IMG/VR virus record: IMGVR_UViG_3300032286_001304
Span: 1 to 64,000 of that record
Strand: one strand, 5' to 3'
DNA from: a virus
DNA length: 64,000 nucleotides
The notes under the pieces: model-generated
What the model saw: only the letters and a program-made list of their open reading frames with translations
Told to the model about the DNA's origin: nothing
Databases searched by the model: none
Shown here: positions 55,250-64,000 of the stretch, one piece after another
Position numbering within the stretch: the stretch's first letter is position 1
How the letters are laid out: every line of letters begins with the position of its first letter
Translations under genes and position numbers: made by a program

Positions 55250-56066
55250 TTCTTTTTATTGAGCAAGTTCCCTTTTTTGTAACAGAAATAGAAGCTGCTT
55301 TATTTGCAAATTTAATTGATTCTTCAATATTATTTTCACTTTCTATCATTTTTATAACAAAAGCTGCTAATGCAACATCACCAGCACCAACAACATCTCT
55401 TACTTCGACTCTTTCTCCAATGAAAGTTAGTCCCTTATTTATCCAATGTATTCCCTTATCTCCATCTGTAACTAATAAATTTTTGCAAAATGATTCTGGA
55501 AATTTATTTGATAAAAGATTATTTTCATATTCTTTTTTATTTATTTTTACAAAATCTATTTCCTTACTCCAGTCAGAAAGAATTTTTTTTGAGTCTAATG
55601 CAGTTAATATTCCATATTTTTTTGCTAAAATAGATATTTGTTCAATCCAATATTCATCAATAAATTGTTTATTATAGTCTGATATTACTATAAATTTGAT
55701 TGTTTTATGATTAATTAGTATTTCTTCTAATTTTTTAAATGTATCTCCACAAAAATATTCATGCTGTTTTGATATAATATCATCATTTTGATCTATTCTA
55801 AAAACAACATAATTTGATTTTTTATCAATAAATCTTTTTTTGATTATAGCAGTTAAATTACTTATAAAGCAAACATTATTTTGTTTTAAACCTAATGAAA
55901 TTAAATTATTATATACATTTTCCGCCATTCCGCCTTTTACATCCATTCCAACAGGAACTCCAATTAAAGATGGAGCCTCTGGATTTACTCGATTAATATC
56001 AACATATTCAAAGATATCTATAGCTTTTTCTCCAATGATAATAACTTTTGGCTCAAAATTTTCCAT
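55236..56066 (-). CDS. HldE/RfaE domain I-like PfkB sugar kinase
   Basis: RVNPEAP, GGMAENV, ISDYNK, DVVGAGD. Confidence 0.87.
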   Translation of the reverse strand: MENFEPKVIIIGEKAIDIFEYVDINRVNPEAPSLIGVPVGMDVKGGMAENVYNNLISLGLKQNNVCFISNLTAIIKKRFIDKKSNYVVFRIDQNDDIISKQHEYFCGDTFKKLEEILINHKTIKFIVISDYNKQFIDEYWIEQISILAKKYGILTALDSKKILSDWSKEIDFVKINKKEYENNLLSNKFPESFCKNLLVTDGDKGIHWINKGLTFIGERVEVRDVVGAGDVALAAFVIKMIESENNIEESIKFANKAASISVTKKGTCSIKRNEIL

Positions 56067-56071
56067 ATAAA

Positions 56072-56100
56072 ATTATACTAATATTAAATTAAATTATCAA
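56072..56100 (-). promoter_or_regulatory. Sigma70-like promoter
   Basis: TTGATA-17-TATAAT, 5 nt before the ATG (near-leaderless). Confidence 0.65.
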
Positions 56101-56110
56101 TTTTAATAAA

Positions 56111-57082
56111 CTAATAGTTTTCTGGATAAAAATGCTTACAACCTTTATAAGATTTTTTTTCAACTAATTCTCCAATTTTTATACTAAAATCATTTTCAAA
56201 AGAAGTCTTTATAATATCGTTATTTTTATCTAAAAGAACATAATAATCTAATGGCTTTTGATGTGGACAAATCCAACCAGATTTAGATGGGCCACAGAGA
56301 AATTTAGTTTTTTCATTTAATTTTCCATAATTTGAATCAACATCTTTTTCCGAAAAACTATTTATTAATTGTTGAATATGACTTAGATAATATAAATAAC
56401 CATTCAGAGCTGATTCATCAACTGGCGTATATACTTGGTATGGATTCTCAGGAAACTTTAGAAAAATAAACTTAAAGTCCTTCATTTTTACATTTGGATA
56501 TAAAAGACTAAGAGCAAGTTGATACATTAATGCTTGACCTGTTTCTAAATCGCTTTTATCTAATTTTTTAGAAGACGATTTGTAATCAGCAGCATAAATC
56601 ACTAATGAGTTACTTTCTTTGACTAAATGGAATCTATCTATAAATCCACGAATACGACAATCTATTCCATCATCTTCTATTTCTAAATCAAATTCTTTTT
56701 CTATAAAAGTATGAATAGTATTTTCTGGCCCCCAAAAATCACATTTTAGTGCCGTAACTAAGAAACTATCTATCAGTTCTAAATTATCAGGATCGTCTAC
56801 TTTGTATTTTTTTGCAACTAAGCATACGAATTTCCATAATCCAGTTTCATTTCTAACTGTTTTGCTAATTAGGATTCTATCAACTTGTTTCTTTCTTCTT
56901 GGTTTATTTAGTAGTTCTAATACATCATGACATGTAGAACCGCGAAGACTTCCTGAGTTTCCTTTGTCTGGAATCTTTAATATATAATTACAATAATAAC
57001 TTTGGCTACAATGTTGGAATTTTTTTATTCTACTTGTAGAAAGAGCTATTTTATTTTTAAAGTCTTTTGTTCTTACGATCAT
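56111..57082 (-). CDS. PD-(D/E)XK exonuclease (PDDEXK_1 type)
   Basis: LSTSRI...C, GSTCH, RGFIDR, DYKS, QALMY. Confidence 0.88.
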   Translation of the reverse strand: MIVRTKDFKNKIALSTSRIKKFQHCSQSYYCNYILKIPDKGNSGSLRGSTCHDVLELLNKPRRKKQVDRILISKTVRNETGLWKFVCLVAKKYKVDDPDNLELIDSFLVTALKCDFWGPENTIHTFIEKEFDLEIEDDGIDCRIRGFIDRFHLVKESNSLVIYAADYKSSSKKLDKSDLETGQALMYQLALSLLYPNVKMKDFKFIFLKFPENPYQVYTPVDESALNGYLYYLSHIQQLINSFSEKDVDSNYGKLNEKTKFLCGPSKSGWICPHQKPLDYYVLLDKNNDIIKTSFENDFSIKIGELVEKKSYKGCKHFYPENY

Positions 57083-57438
57083 TCTTTATTTATTAATTTT
57101 TTATCAGAAAGTTCTTTTTCATGCTCAATACACCATTTAAGTTTTTGTTCTGCACGTTCTAATGTTGGAAAAGACCAACCAAAATAACCAAAATCTTCAT
57201 TACTAGGACCGTATTCAGCAGCTTCAAACTTAATAACTTGTCCTGTCTTTTTGATCACCATTTCTCCTGCCTCTCTTTCACGTATCTTTATTACTTCGTA
57301 AGCTAGGCAACCCTTTCCTTTATCAAGTCGTTGCTTATAGATAGCCCAAAATCCTAGTCGTTTTAATTGTTCATAGTAAAATCCATTTTTTTGGAAGTCT
57401 TCTAATTTTTTCATAATTATTTTATTTGACTCATGCAT
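57079..57438 (-). CDS. Hypothetical protein
   Basis: YEV...E.GPSNEDFG..GW motif. Confidence 0.7.
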   Translation of the reverse strand: MHESNKIIMKKLEDFQKNGFYYEQLKRLGFWAIYKQRLDKGKGCLAYEVIKIREREAGEMVIKKTGQVIKFEAAEYGPSNEDFGYFGWSFPTLERAEQKLKWCIEHEKELSDKKLINKE

Positions 57439-57465
57439 TCTTCTTACACCAATTCCTAAGTTTAG

Positions 57466-58338
57466 TCAAGGTTTGTTTTCAGGAAAATTTCTGGCCGATA
57501 AATTATTTAATCGTAAAAAATTATCTACCGCTTTAGCAGCCTCGATTTCCGTATCAAATGATCCCAAAAATTTTCGACGCTTTTCAAACCATATCATTGC
57601 ATCATATTTTTTTCGATGTTCTCGAACACCATAATATGGAGACTTTCTGATTTTTTTTGATCGAAATGATTTTAATTTATCTTCGTCCCAGATATCGCTA
57701 GGAAAATTTATTGGCTCTAATTTGTTTCTAATTAAATAAAAGTCATAAGCGCGGGCGGCAGCCTCTTCTGTTAAATATGTTTCGGTAAGTCTTTTTCCTA
57801 AATTGTATATTTCGCATCTCCATTTCGATCCATCTTTAACTACGCCCATAAATTTTGATGTTTTTTCTCTATTTCTAGACAGCCCTTTTCTTGTTTTGGA
57901 ATTAAATTGGCCGCGTTTTGGTCTTTTTAATATTTCTGGATTTATTTTTGCCGCTCTTTTATACCCATTCGCAGCATTGATTATATGATCCAAACTTTTG
58001 GGAACACCTTTTAATCTTTTACTAATTTTGTCTTTTGTTTCCTTCAGTAATGACCCACCATTACCACCCTCTAAAATATTATATCCATTTGGCAATCTAG
58101 AATTAAAAAACGAAATATAATATTTTTCGCTATTATCTAATTGATTTTGATCTGAACAATCGCAAATTTTTTGAATAGAAAAATTTTCTTTTCCATATTT
58201 TTTAATAGCCCTAGTTATAGCCATTGTATTTTTATTACTATCGGAGCAATGGCGATTCCATCTTTTATACAATGTTTCTATAGTTTGGCCTATGTAAATC
58301 TTTCCGTTTATATTATTAGTTATTTTATAAATAATCAT
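57466..58338 (-). CDS. GIY-YIG homing endonuclease with NUMOD3-like and two AP2-like domains
   Basis: IIYKITNNINGKIYIGQT, GYN; SKFMGV..EEAAARAYD; SPYYGV..EIEAAKAVD. Confidence 0.92.
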   Translation of the reverse strand: MIIYKITNNINGKIYIGQTIETLYKRWNRHCSDSNKNTMAITRAIKKYGKENFSIQKICDCSDQNQLDNSEKYYISFFNSRLPNGYNILEGGNGGSLLKETKDKISKRLKGVPKSLDHIINAANGYKRAAKINPEILKRPKRGQFNSKTRKGLSRNREKTSKFMGVVKDGSKWRCEIYNLGKRLTETYLTEEAAARAYDFYLIRNKLEPINFPSDIWDEDKLKSFRSKKIRKSPYYGVREHRKKYDAMIWFEKRRKFLGSFDTEIEAAKAVDNFLRLNNLSARNFPENKP

Positions 58339-58856
58339 TTAATATTGACTTTGCAAAATTTTCTGAGTTTATTTATTTCGTTGTTTTTACCAAGATTAAA
58401 AATTTTTATATTATACTTTTTTGCGGTTTTAATTCCCATAGCGGTTCCTCCAGTTTCTTCGCCATTTGGTGTCCAACAAACAACCAAATCAGCTGGCGTT
58501 TTATTTTCTCTACCAAGAATAATCCCAACATTGCGAGCATGAAAAATCTTAGAGTTTAAGTTGAGCTTATCCCATGTGGGATGATATTGCGCGGCTAAAT
58601 CCCAGTTGAGTTGGCCCCATTCCACATGATATTCATATAAATCATTATAGCCCGCCCACGGCAAATATAACTCTATTTTTGCGTTTTTAACTTTATTCGC
58701 CCCTGAAAATGCGGCCTCATCCGCGCCTTTTGCCCCGCCCGTTCTGATTATCCAACCTTTACGTGCGAAAAATTCAGAGATTGCGGAAATGGTTTCAAGC
58801 ACATCTTTAGGTGTTTCGTGTGAACCGATAATCGAAACTATTTTAGTCATTATCAA
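58335..58856 (-). CDS. DprA/SLOG-fold protein
   Basis: IIGSHETP, TGGAKGAD, ARN, GGT. Confidence 0.82.
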   Translation of the reverse strand: MIMTKIVSIIGSHETPKDVLETISAISEFFARKGWIIRTGGAKGADEAAFSGANKVKNAKIELYLPWAGYNDLYEYHVEWGQLNWDLAAQYHPTWDKLNLNSKIFHARNVGIILGRENKTPADLVVCWTPNGEETGGTAMGIKTAKKYNIKIFNLGKNNEINKLRKFCKVNIK

Positions 58857-59346
58857 AATATTCGTAAATAATTTCTTTAACTAGATAATCTGTATCCTCA
58901 TGTAGTCTTGGCTTAATATTTTTATCATAATTTTCGTTAAACCAAACCCACTCTTTTTTTGATTTTGGGTATTTTCCGCTATATGCTTTAGATGCACCAA
59001 GCCAATCTGCGACCATTTCTCTTACATACTTTTCTGTCATTGGTAGCGGTTCTAAATCCTTATATCCACCGCGATTATGACCTGTAATTGGAATCCATGC
59101 TTCCCAATGATGTTTTTGTCTTTGATGATGTAGCCATGCGTATGTAAAACCTAATGGGTCGGATTTATCACCGAAAAACTGGCGACCATAATAGGGTGCT
59201 TCACATGGCAGAAACTTAACCCAATCGTGTATGATTAGTTGCCAGATTGGAACTTTTAATCTTAATCCAGCATTAAAAACGTAATATTTATGTTTAAGTG
59301 TTAAATTTAAGTATTTTATAGTTGGTATTATATTTTTAAGGTCCAT
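58843..59346 (-). CDS. DUF5662-like HD-type protein
   Basis: HK..V, IIHDWVKF, WLHH...HHWE, EMVADW. Confidence 0.75.
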   Translation of the reverse strand: MDLKNIIPTIKYLNLTLKHKYYVFNAGLRLKVPIWQLIIHDWVKFLPCEAPYYGRQFFGDKSDPLGFTYAWLHHQRQKHHWEAWIPITGHNRGGYKDLEPLPMTEKYVREMVADWLGASKAYSGKYPKSKKEWVWFNENYDKNIKPRLHEDTDYLVKEIIYEYFDND

Positions 59347-59572
59347 AATTCAAATAATTTTCTTTATCAACTATAATAAGTTTCATTCCAGCAACTTCTT
59401 TTTTGCGCATAATATTATCATGTGCCGCTTGGGTTAAATTTGAAAGTTCTGTGTAAAATAAACTTTTTAATTTCCACCATTCATTTTCGCCAAGGTAAAC
59501 AATTTTAGGTGAAATTCTATATTTCACAACAAATTTATGAGAACCTTGAATAATTTCATCAAGGATATCCAT
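59336..59572 (-). CDS. Hypothetical protein, similar to 15272-15499
   Basis: PKIVYLGENE motif. Confidence 0.65.
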   Translation of the reverse strand: MDILDEIIQGSHKFVVKYRISPKIVYLGENEWWKLKSLFYTELSNLTQAAHDNIMRKKEVAGMKLIIVDKENYLNYGP

Positions 59573-59837
59573 TTACTTTAAAAGATGTTTTTTTGAAATT
59601 TGCGGTATCCTTTGAATCAGATATTTTATTTAATTTATAATCTCTAAATGCGCGACTTTTAGGACTCCAAAATGCATATTCAGAATTAAAGAATAAAGAG
59701 TCATCATCTTGAATGCATTTAGAAGCTGCGGTTAATTCAAGATAAATACTATGTTTTTCTTTGTATTGATCAGTGATTATATCTATACGCATTCTATCAG
59801 ATAGCTCTTCAGTATTGATTACGGTTCCGCCGATCAT
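59559..59837 (-). CDS. Hypothetical protein
   Basis: Likely start MIGGTVI. Confidence 0.65.
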   Translation of the reverse strand: MIGGTVINTEELSDRMRIDIITDQYKEKHSIYLELTAASKCIQDDDSLFFNSEYAFWSPKSRAFRDYKLNKISDSKDTANFKKTSFKVNGYP

Positions 59838-59838
59838 A

Positions 59839-60483
59839 TTAAAACCCAAATGCCTCCATAGTAAATTTAAATGGCTCGCCGGGAATTTCTTTAACTAATC
59901 GAAGCATTTCCGTAACAACATCTCTAGTTTCTTTTTGGGTATCAGATTTTAATCGCAAATTACAAAGATGGATAAAAGCCTGAAAGCTACCTGTCCAAAT
60001 AAAAGTTGTTTCTAAACATAATGGTAAAATCGCTCGGGCCTGCTCTTTTGCTACGCCATTTTCGCATAATTTAGCATAAGTTTTTTGTGCTAAATCTACT
60101 ACCTTTTGCATTTCTGCTACAAGCTCCTTATTTAGTTCTTCTGGTAAATCGCCTCCGCTTCCCTGTTTACTATCTTTGGACTGATAACGAAGCTGAGTAG
60201 GAATGTCGTAACTATCAGAGAAATCTACATATCTTCCAGAGATAGAATTTTTTGCAACACCGACCTCATGCTTGAATATTTGACGTTCGCAAAAAATTGA
60301 GCATTTAATGCGAAATTGTAAGTGAGCATGGCGAAAGGGGGAGGTATGTCCATGATTAACGAGATATTTAAGAAGTTTTTCATCTTTTTTATCAAAAACC
60401 TCCTTATTTTTTCCGTAGCTGACACGGGCTACATTCGCAGCCATTAAATCGTCACCAAAATATCCTAATAATTCAATTTTCAT
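59839..60483 (-). CDS. thyX: Flavin-dependent thymidylate synthase
   Basis: ARVSY, GHTSPF, RQIFKH...NSISGRY, KEQARAILP, LRL...Q.E. Confidence 0.95.
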   Translation of the reverse strand: MKIELLGYFGDDLMAANVARVSYGKNKEVFDKKDEKLLKYLVNHGHTSPFRHAHLQFRIKCSIFCERQIFKHEVGVAKNSISGRYVDFSDSYDIPTQLRYQSKDSKQGSGGDLPEELNKELVAEMQKVVDLAQKTYAKLCENGVAKEQARAILPLCLETTFIWTGSFQAFIHLCNLRLKSDTQKETRDVVTEMLRLVKEIPGEPFKFTMEAFGF

Positions 60484-60546
60484 TAATTTTAAATTTATTT
60501 TTTAATATATTTAAAATCAGATATGACAACTACTTTCATATACAGT

Positions 60547-60575
60547 TATGTACCTGATTAATCAGGTAAAATCAA
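60547..60575 (-). promoter_or_regulatory. thyX promoter with a perfect 18 bp palindrome
   Basis: TTGATT-17-TACATA containing TACCTGATTAATCAGGTA (60551-60568). Confidence 0.6.
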
Positions 60576-61633
60576 GGATAAAGTTCAAAAACATTGGGTC
60601 GAACTGGAGTTTGACCCGATTCAAGCTCGTAGTCATATTGTGCCATAATTTCCATGTGTTTTTTGAAAGGCATCCGCTGTGGATTCCATCCAATCAGATT
60701 TTGTGCCTTTTTGCTACTACCAACCAGTTTCAAAACTTCATTTGGGCGCTTGAGAGAATTGTCAATTTGAATATATTTTTTCCAGTCCAAATTAAAATAC
60801 CCAAATGAATAATCAAGAAATTGCTCCCCATGATAACAAACATCTGAACTTAAAACAACATCCTCTGGTTTGTCTAGTTGCAGTAGATTAAACATGCCTT
60901 CCACGCAAAAATCCGCATAAGTTTCATCTCGCCAATGGTCTATGTTACCGCAAATAATTTTATCCGTTTTGCCTAATGCAATTTTAGCCGCATAACTAGA
61001 GCACTTCCGGGCGAAAAACGATGGATGTCTATATATATTACTATGATTGAAAGTGAATGCTGTTACGCAAAACATACCATAAGTTTGCCGGAAATACTTA
61101 ACCCAATTATAGGCAAGATTTTTTGCAATCGAGTATGGGGAGCGAAATTCTAGGGGGGAATCCTCATTGAAGGGGCAGTTTCGGGGATCGCCGCCAAACA
61201 TTTCACTAGTAGACGCTTGAAAAAATTTAACCTTTGGACAAAATTCGTAGCAAGAATCTAAGAGATAAAACACCGATACACCCGTGGCGAAAAGAGTGTA
61301 AGTTTCGTTTTTGAAGGAATCTCCTACATGACTTTGGGCCGCAAGGGAATATAGTTCGTCAGGTTCGCCGTAATTTTTGACAATTTCCCTAATCCCATTA
61401 CGAACAGAAGAAGCGTCCGTAATATCCATGAATTGGAAGGATAGTTTTGATTGGGGGTATTTTGATAAATCTACAGAAAATAGGGAGGAAATTTCCTCTA
61501 TAATTTGCTTAGTGTTCCTGCGATATGTAAGAATCACATGATAATTTTTTGATAGCAGTAGGTGGGTGATGGTTTTTGAATCCATTCCGGTCCCCGTTAC
61601 CACTGCTAACTTAGATTTATTTTGAATATTCAT
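60572..61633 (-). CDS. gmd: GDP-mannose 4,6-dehydratase
   Basis: TGTGMD, LAAQSHVGDSF, QASTSEMFG, RSPYSIAK, FNHS, RPNEV. Confidence 0.93.
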   Translation of the reverse strand: MNIQNKSKLAVVTGTGMDSKTITHLLLSKNYHVILTYRRNTKQIIEEISSLFSVDLSKYPQSKLSFQFMDITDASSVRNGIREIVKNYGEPDELYSLAAQSHVGDSFKNETYTLFATGVSVFYLLDSCYEFCPKVKFFQASTSEMFGGDPRNCPFNEDSPLEFRSPYSIAKNLAYNWVKYFRQTYGMFCVTAFTFNHSNIYRHPSFFARKCSSYAAKIALGKTDKIICGNIDHWRDETYADFCVEGMFNLLQLDKPEDVVLSSDVCYHGEQFLDYSFGYFNLDWKKYIQIDNSLKRPNEVLKLVGSSKKAQNLIGWNPQRMPFKKHMEIMAQYDYELESGQTPVRPNVFELYP

Positions 61634-61635
61634 GA

Positions 61636-62901
61636 TTAATTTTTAAATTCTTTCTTTTTTAATGTCCACCCATTATACTCTTTTATCTGGTCCCTTATCA
61701 AGAGAAAAAGTTTTTTCTTCGGAATTAGCCCAATCATAAATTTCCATAGCTCGCTGGGGCTTTCGGCAGAAATCTCTTCGTTAGTATTTATATTTAAAAG
61801 AGATATATAACTATATTGTTTTCTTGGATGACTTTTTAAAACGCTTATTAAATCAAATCTTTTATGATTTTTTAGTCGCCCATTAACGATTCTTCTAATT
61901 GATGGATCGCCCATCTCAAGTATAAATTGAGATAAATTTGTTATAGTTATTTCTATTTTATTTTTCTTGTCATATAAAACATATACTCCACATGGTTTTG
62001 TTTTATTCTTTAAACAAACAATATCCTCGTCCGTGATACTCGCGAGTCTCCACCCTTTTCGCTCTACAGCCTTACCCCGTATCAAAAAAGTTACATCTTC
62101 GCGCAATAATGGAGGATGAAGGCGAGCAAACTCCGTTGAACTTCCTCCATATTTGTAAATTTTGCCATCTGGTCCCTTTAGCTCCATATCTTTTAGCTCT
62201 TGGCGCTTAAACCATTTTGAAATATCCATACCTTCTTTGATATAATCACCACATGGAGTATTTGTCTTAAATCCATTAATCATTGCAGATAAATAATCTG
62301 GATTTAATTTTTTTTCTAAGGCGAATTCAGATATGTTTTTAAAATAAATAACTTCTTTTGTTTTATAATTAATTAATTTATATTCTTTGTTTGGATTTTT
62401 AATTAATTCTAACGGAGTTCCCTTTAGCGCGAAACCCTGAGATGAAATATTTTGTTTAGAAATAACAACTTTTAGACTTGGGTAAGACAACCCTCTTTCT
62501 TTGCAAAAATCTTTTAGATGGAAAATAATATATTCTTTTCCTTTGTAATCAACAAGATGATGCTCTTGGGATACTGACTCGGATAATTTTCTTTTTGAAA
62601 TCTCCGAAAACTCAGGAGAATCTCCACCAGTTGTAAAATTATAGCCATTGGGAACAAAAGTGTTATGTTTTGCTATATGAAATTTTTCTAATCTTTTCAG
62701 TTCTTCTTTTGATTGTACATTTGACTCAAGCAGTTCAACTTTAAAGTTTTTAGGACCGTATAAATTAACGGCATTTGACAGATATTGATTATGATGCTTT
62801 CTATACCAATTTCCATGATACCTTTCTCTTATATTTTTCTTTATACTCAAACCGATATAAGAATGTCCATTTATTTTGTTGGTAATTTTATAGATAATCA
62901 T
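61636..62901 (-). CDS. GIY-YIG homing endonuclease with repeated C-terminal DNA-binding modules
   Basis: MIIYKITNKINGHSYIG...NGYNFTTGG; likely start 62901. Confidence 0.9.
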   Translation of the reverse strand: MIIYKITNKINGHSYIGLSIKKNIRERYHGNWYRKHHNQYLSNAVNLYGPKNFKVELLESNVQSKEELKRLEKFHIAKHNTFVPNGYNFTTGGDSPEFSEISKRKLSESVSQEHHLVDYKGKEYIIFHLKDFCKERGLSYPSLKVVISKQNISSQGFALKGTPLELIKNPNKEYKLINYKTKEVIYFKNISEFALEKKLNPDYLSAMINGFKTNTPCGDYIKEGMDISKWFKRQELKDMELKGPDGKIYKYGGSSTEFARLHPPLLREDVTFLIRGKAVERKGWRLASITDEDIVCLKNKTKPCGVYVLYDKKNKIEITITNLSQFILEMGDPSIRRIVNGRLKNHKRFDLISVLKSHPRKQYSYISLLNINTNEEISAESPSELWKFMIGLIPKKKLFLLIRDQIKEYNGWTLKKKEFKN

Positions 62902-62975
62902 TGTTCGCCCTTTATCAAAATTACACCTGAGACGAACACTTTTATACACAAAAAGAATCCATATATACACTTAAA

Positions 62976-63230
62976 TCAAGTTAATTCCTGTTTATCCACC
63001 CATTCTTTTAAGCACTTTAATCCACAGAAATCCCATGCGTTAGGGCGTTGTAATTCCGCAAACCAAGTTCCCCTCGGAGTTCTTGTTAAATGATACCAGC
63101 CACCTTTAAAACTGCCGCCAATTAAGGTTTCGGCATGATCGCAAGTTTCTTTACCGCAATTATCACAGTTTAAAGTTGTTATTTGAACGAAAGTTTCGAC
63201 TGTCTTTTTTAAGGTATTAACGTGTTTCAT
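62976..63230 (-). CDS. Small Zn-finger-like protein
   Basis: CDNC...DFCGLKC. Confidence 0.7.
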   Translation of the reverse strand: MKHVNTLKKTVETFVQITTLNCDNCGKETCDHAETLIGGSFKGGWYHLTRTPRGTWFAELQRPNAWDFCGLKCLKEWVDKQELT

Positions 63231-64000
63231 ACTTTTAATTCAAATGTTCCATTTCCAATAAATTTCGTTAAGCTATCATATCCCGAATAAGAGACGGCGC
63301 TTGATATACCTCCCCATAAATCATTCACCAACTCCTCAAGGGAAAAAATTTCTTGCTCTACGGATAAAACTTTGCCCTCGGAATGTCTTTTAACTTCCCC
63401 CTTCTGTTTTATTTGTTGATACTTGCTGGCCCCACCCCAAAACTTAAATTCTCCATCAATTATATTTTGAGCCTCTTTTGCATTCTTCCAATAGCCTCCT
63501 AACATCACGTAATCGGCCCCAGCCCCAAAAGCCTTGGCCGCATCTCCGGGAGAACGAACGCCGCCATCAGCACAAATTATCTGATCATCGGCATATCGCC
63601 CCTCTCGACACTCAATAATCTCGGTTATTTGCCCACGGTTTACGCCAGTCATTTTAGAGGTATCGCACCCGCTGCCAGAAGCTATGCCTATGCGGCAAAA
63701 TACATCCCGATAAAGATTTAATCCTTTGGAAGTATGAATGTTACCTACCATTACGATATAACCTTTATGTAAAAGTTCATTTGTGAATCGAACCACATTA
63801 TCTAAGTATCCGTTCGCAACATCAACTAAAACATGATTGTGTTGAAGTTTTTTAACTCTATCCCAGTCATTTAACCCAACGGAAACCCAGCATCTATCAA
63901 CACGACTATATCGAGAGCGAATTTCATTAAGAATATCCAATTGTGATTCTACCGTATCAAATCTATGAAGACAAATAGTTAATCCAAGTCGATAAGCTTC
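63227..64000 (-). CDS. guaC: GMP reductase / IMPDH family protein, 5' end beyond the window
   Basis: VDVANG, GIASGSGC, ADGG, GDAAKAFGAGADYVMLG, SEGK; frame stays open to 64000 (LHRF motif). Confidence 0.85.
   Translation of the reverse strand, partial: EAYRLGLTICLHRFDTVESQLDILNEIRSRYSRVDRCWVSVGLNDWDRVKKLQHNHVLVDVANGYLDNVVRFTNELLHKGYIVMVGNIHTSKGLNLYRDVFCRIGIASGSGCDTSKMTGVNRGQITEIIECREGRYADDQIICADGGVRSPGDAAKAFGAGADYVMLGGYWKNAKEAQNIIDGEFKFWGGASKYQQIKQKGEVKRHSEGKVLSVEQEIFSLEELVNDLWGGISSAVSYSGYDSLTKFIGNGTFELKV

Noticed and set aside
56111-57082. Cas4 as part of a CRISPR-Cas locus
   Set aside because: No other cas genes or array; the context fits a stand-alone phage recombination exonuclease.
158-63093. 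Short plus-strand ORFs in the track other than the three endonucleases
   Set aside because: They are antisense shadows of well-supported minus-strand genes and show no recognisable motifs.
1-64000. Stop-codon reassignment
   Set aside because: Long conserved genes are intact under the standard code, TAA, TAG and TGA all end genes at sensible positions, and there is no convincing suppressor tRNA.

Overview
AT-rich 64 kb segment of a large lytic-type dsDNA phage genome (standard genetic code, almost all genes on the minus strand, no virion genes in the window). Left to right: small hypothetical genes; a tRNA/ncRNA cluster at about 3.0-5.6 kb (tRNA-Arg, Leu, Ile2/Met and Gly, several unexplained structured RNAs, sigma70-like promoters and boxA-like motifs); thioredoxin, rIIB/rIIA and dNMP kinase; an RNA-repair module (phosphoesterase, polynucleotide kinase, RNA ligase); ADP-heptose and GDP-sugar enzymes; nrdAB, dUTPase and Dam; a three-piece DnaE-type polymerase; primase, DnaB, RecA, ThyX and a partial GMP reductase. 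Six free-standing homing endonucleases are present. The standout system is a fractured RNA ligase gene: it is split at catalytic motif I (EKLHG|T) into two ORFs carrying the halves of a natural split intein, with a Vsr/DUF559-like endonuclease between them, and the N-intein lacks the canonical block-B histidine. Other highlights: a homing-endonuclease cassette that appears to have replaced the 3' end of its host gene and left the old end behind, an HNH gene whose stop codon is created by a non-canonical tRNA T-loop, anticodon-less tRNA-like elements, and promoters with dyad-symmetric spacers. All family calls come from motif recognition by eye, not from database searches.
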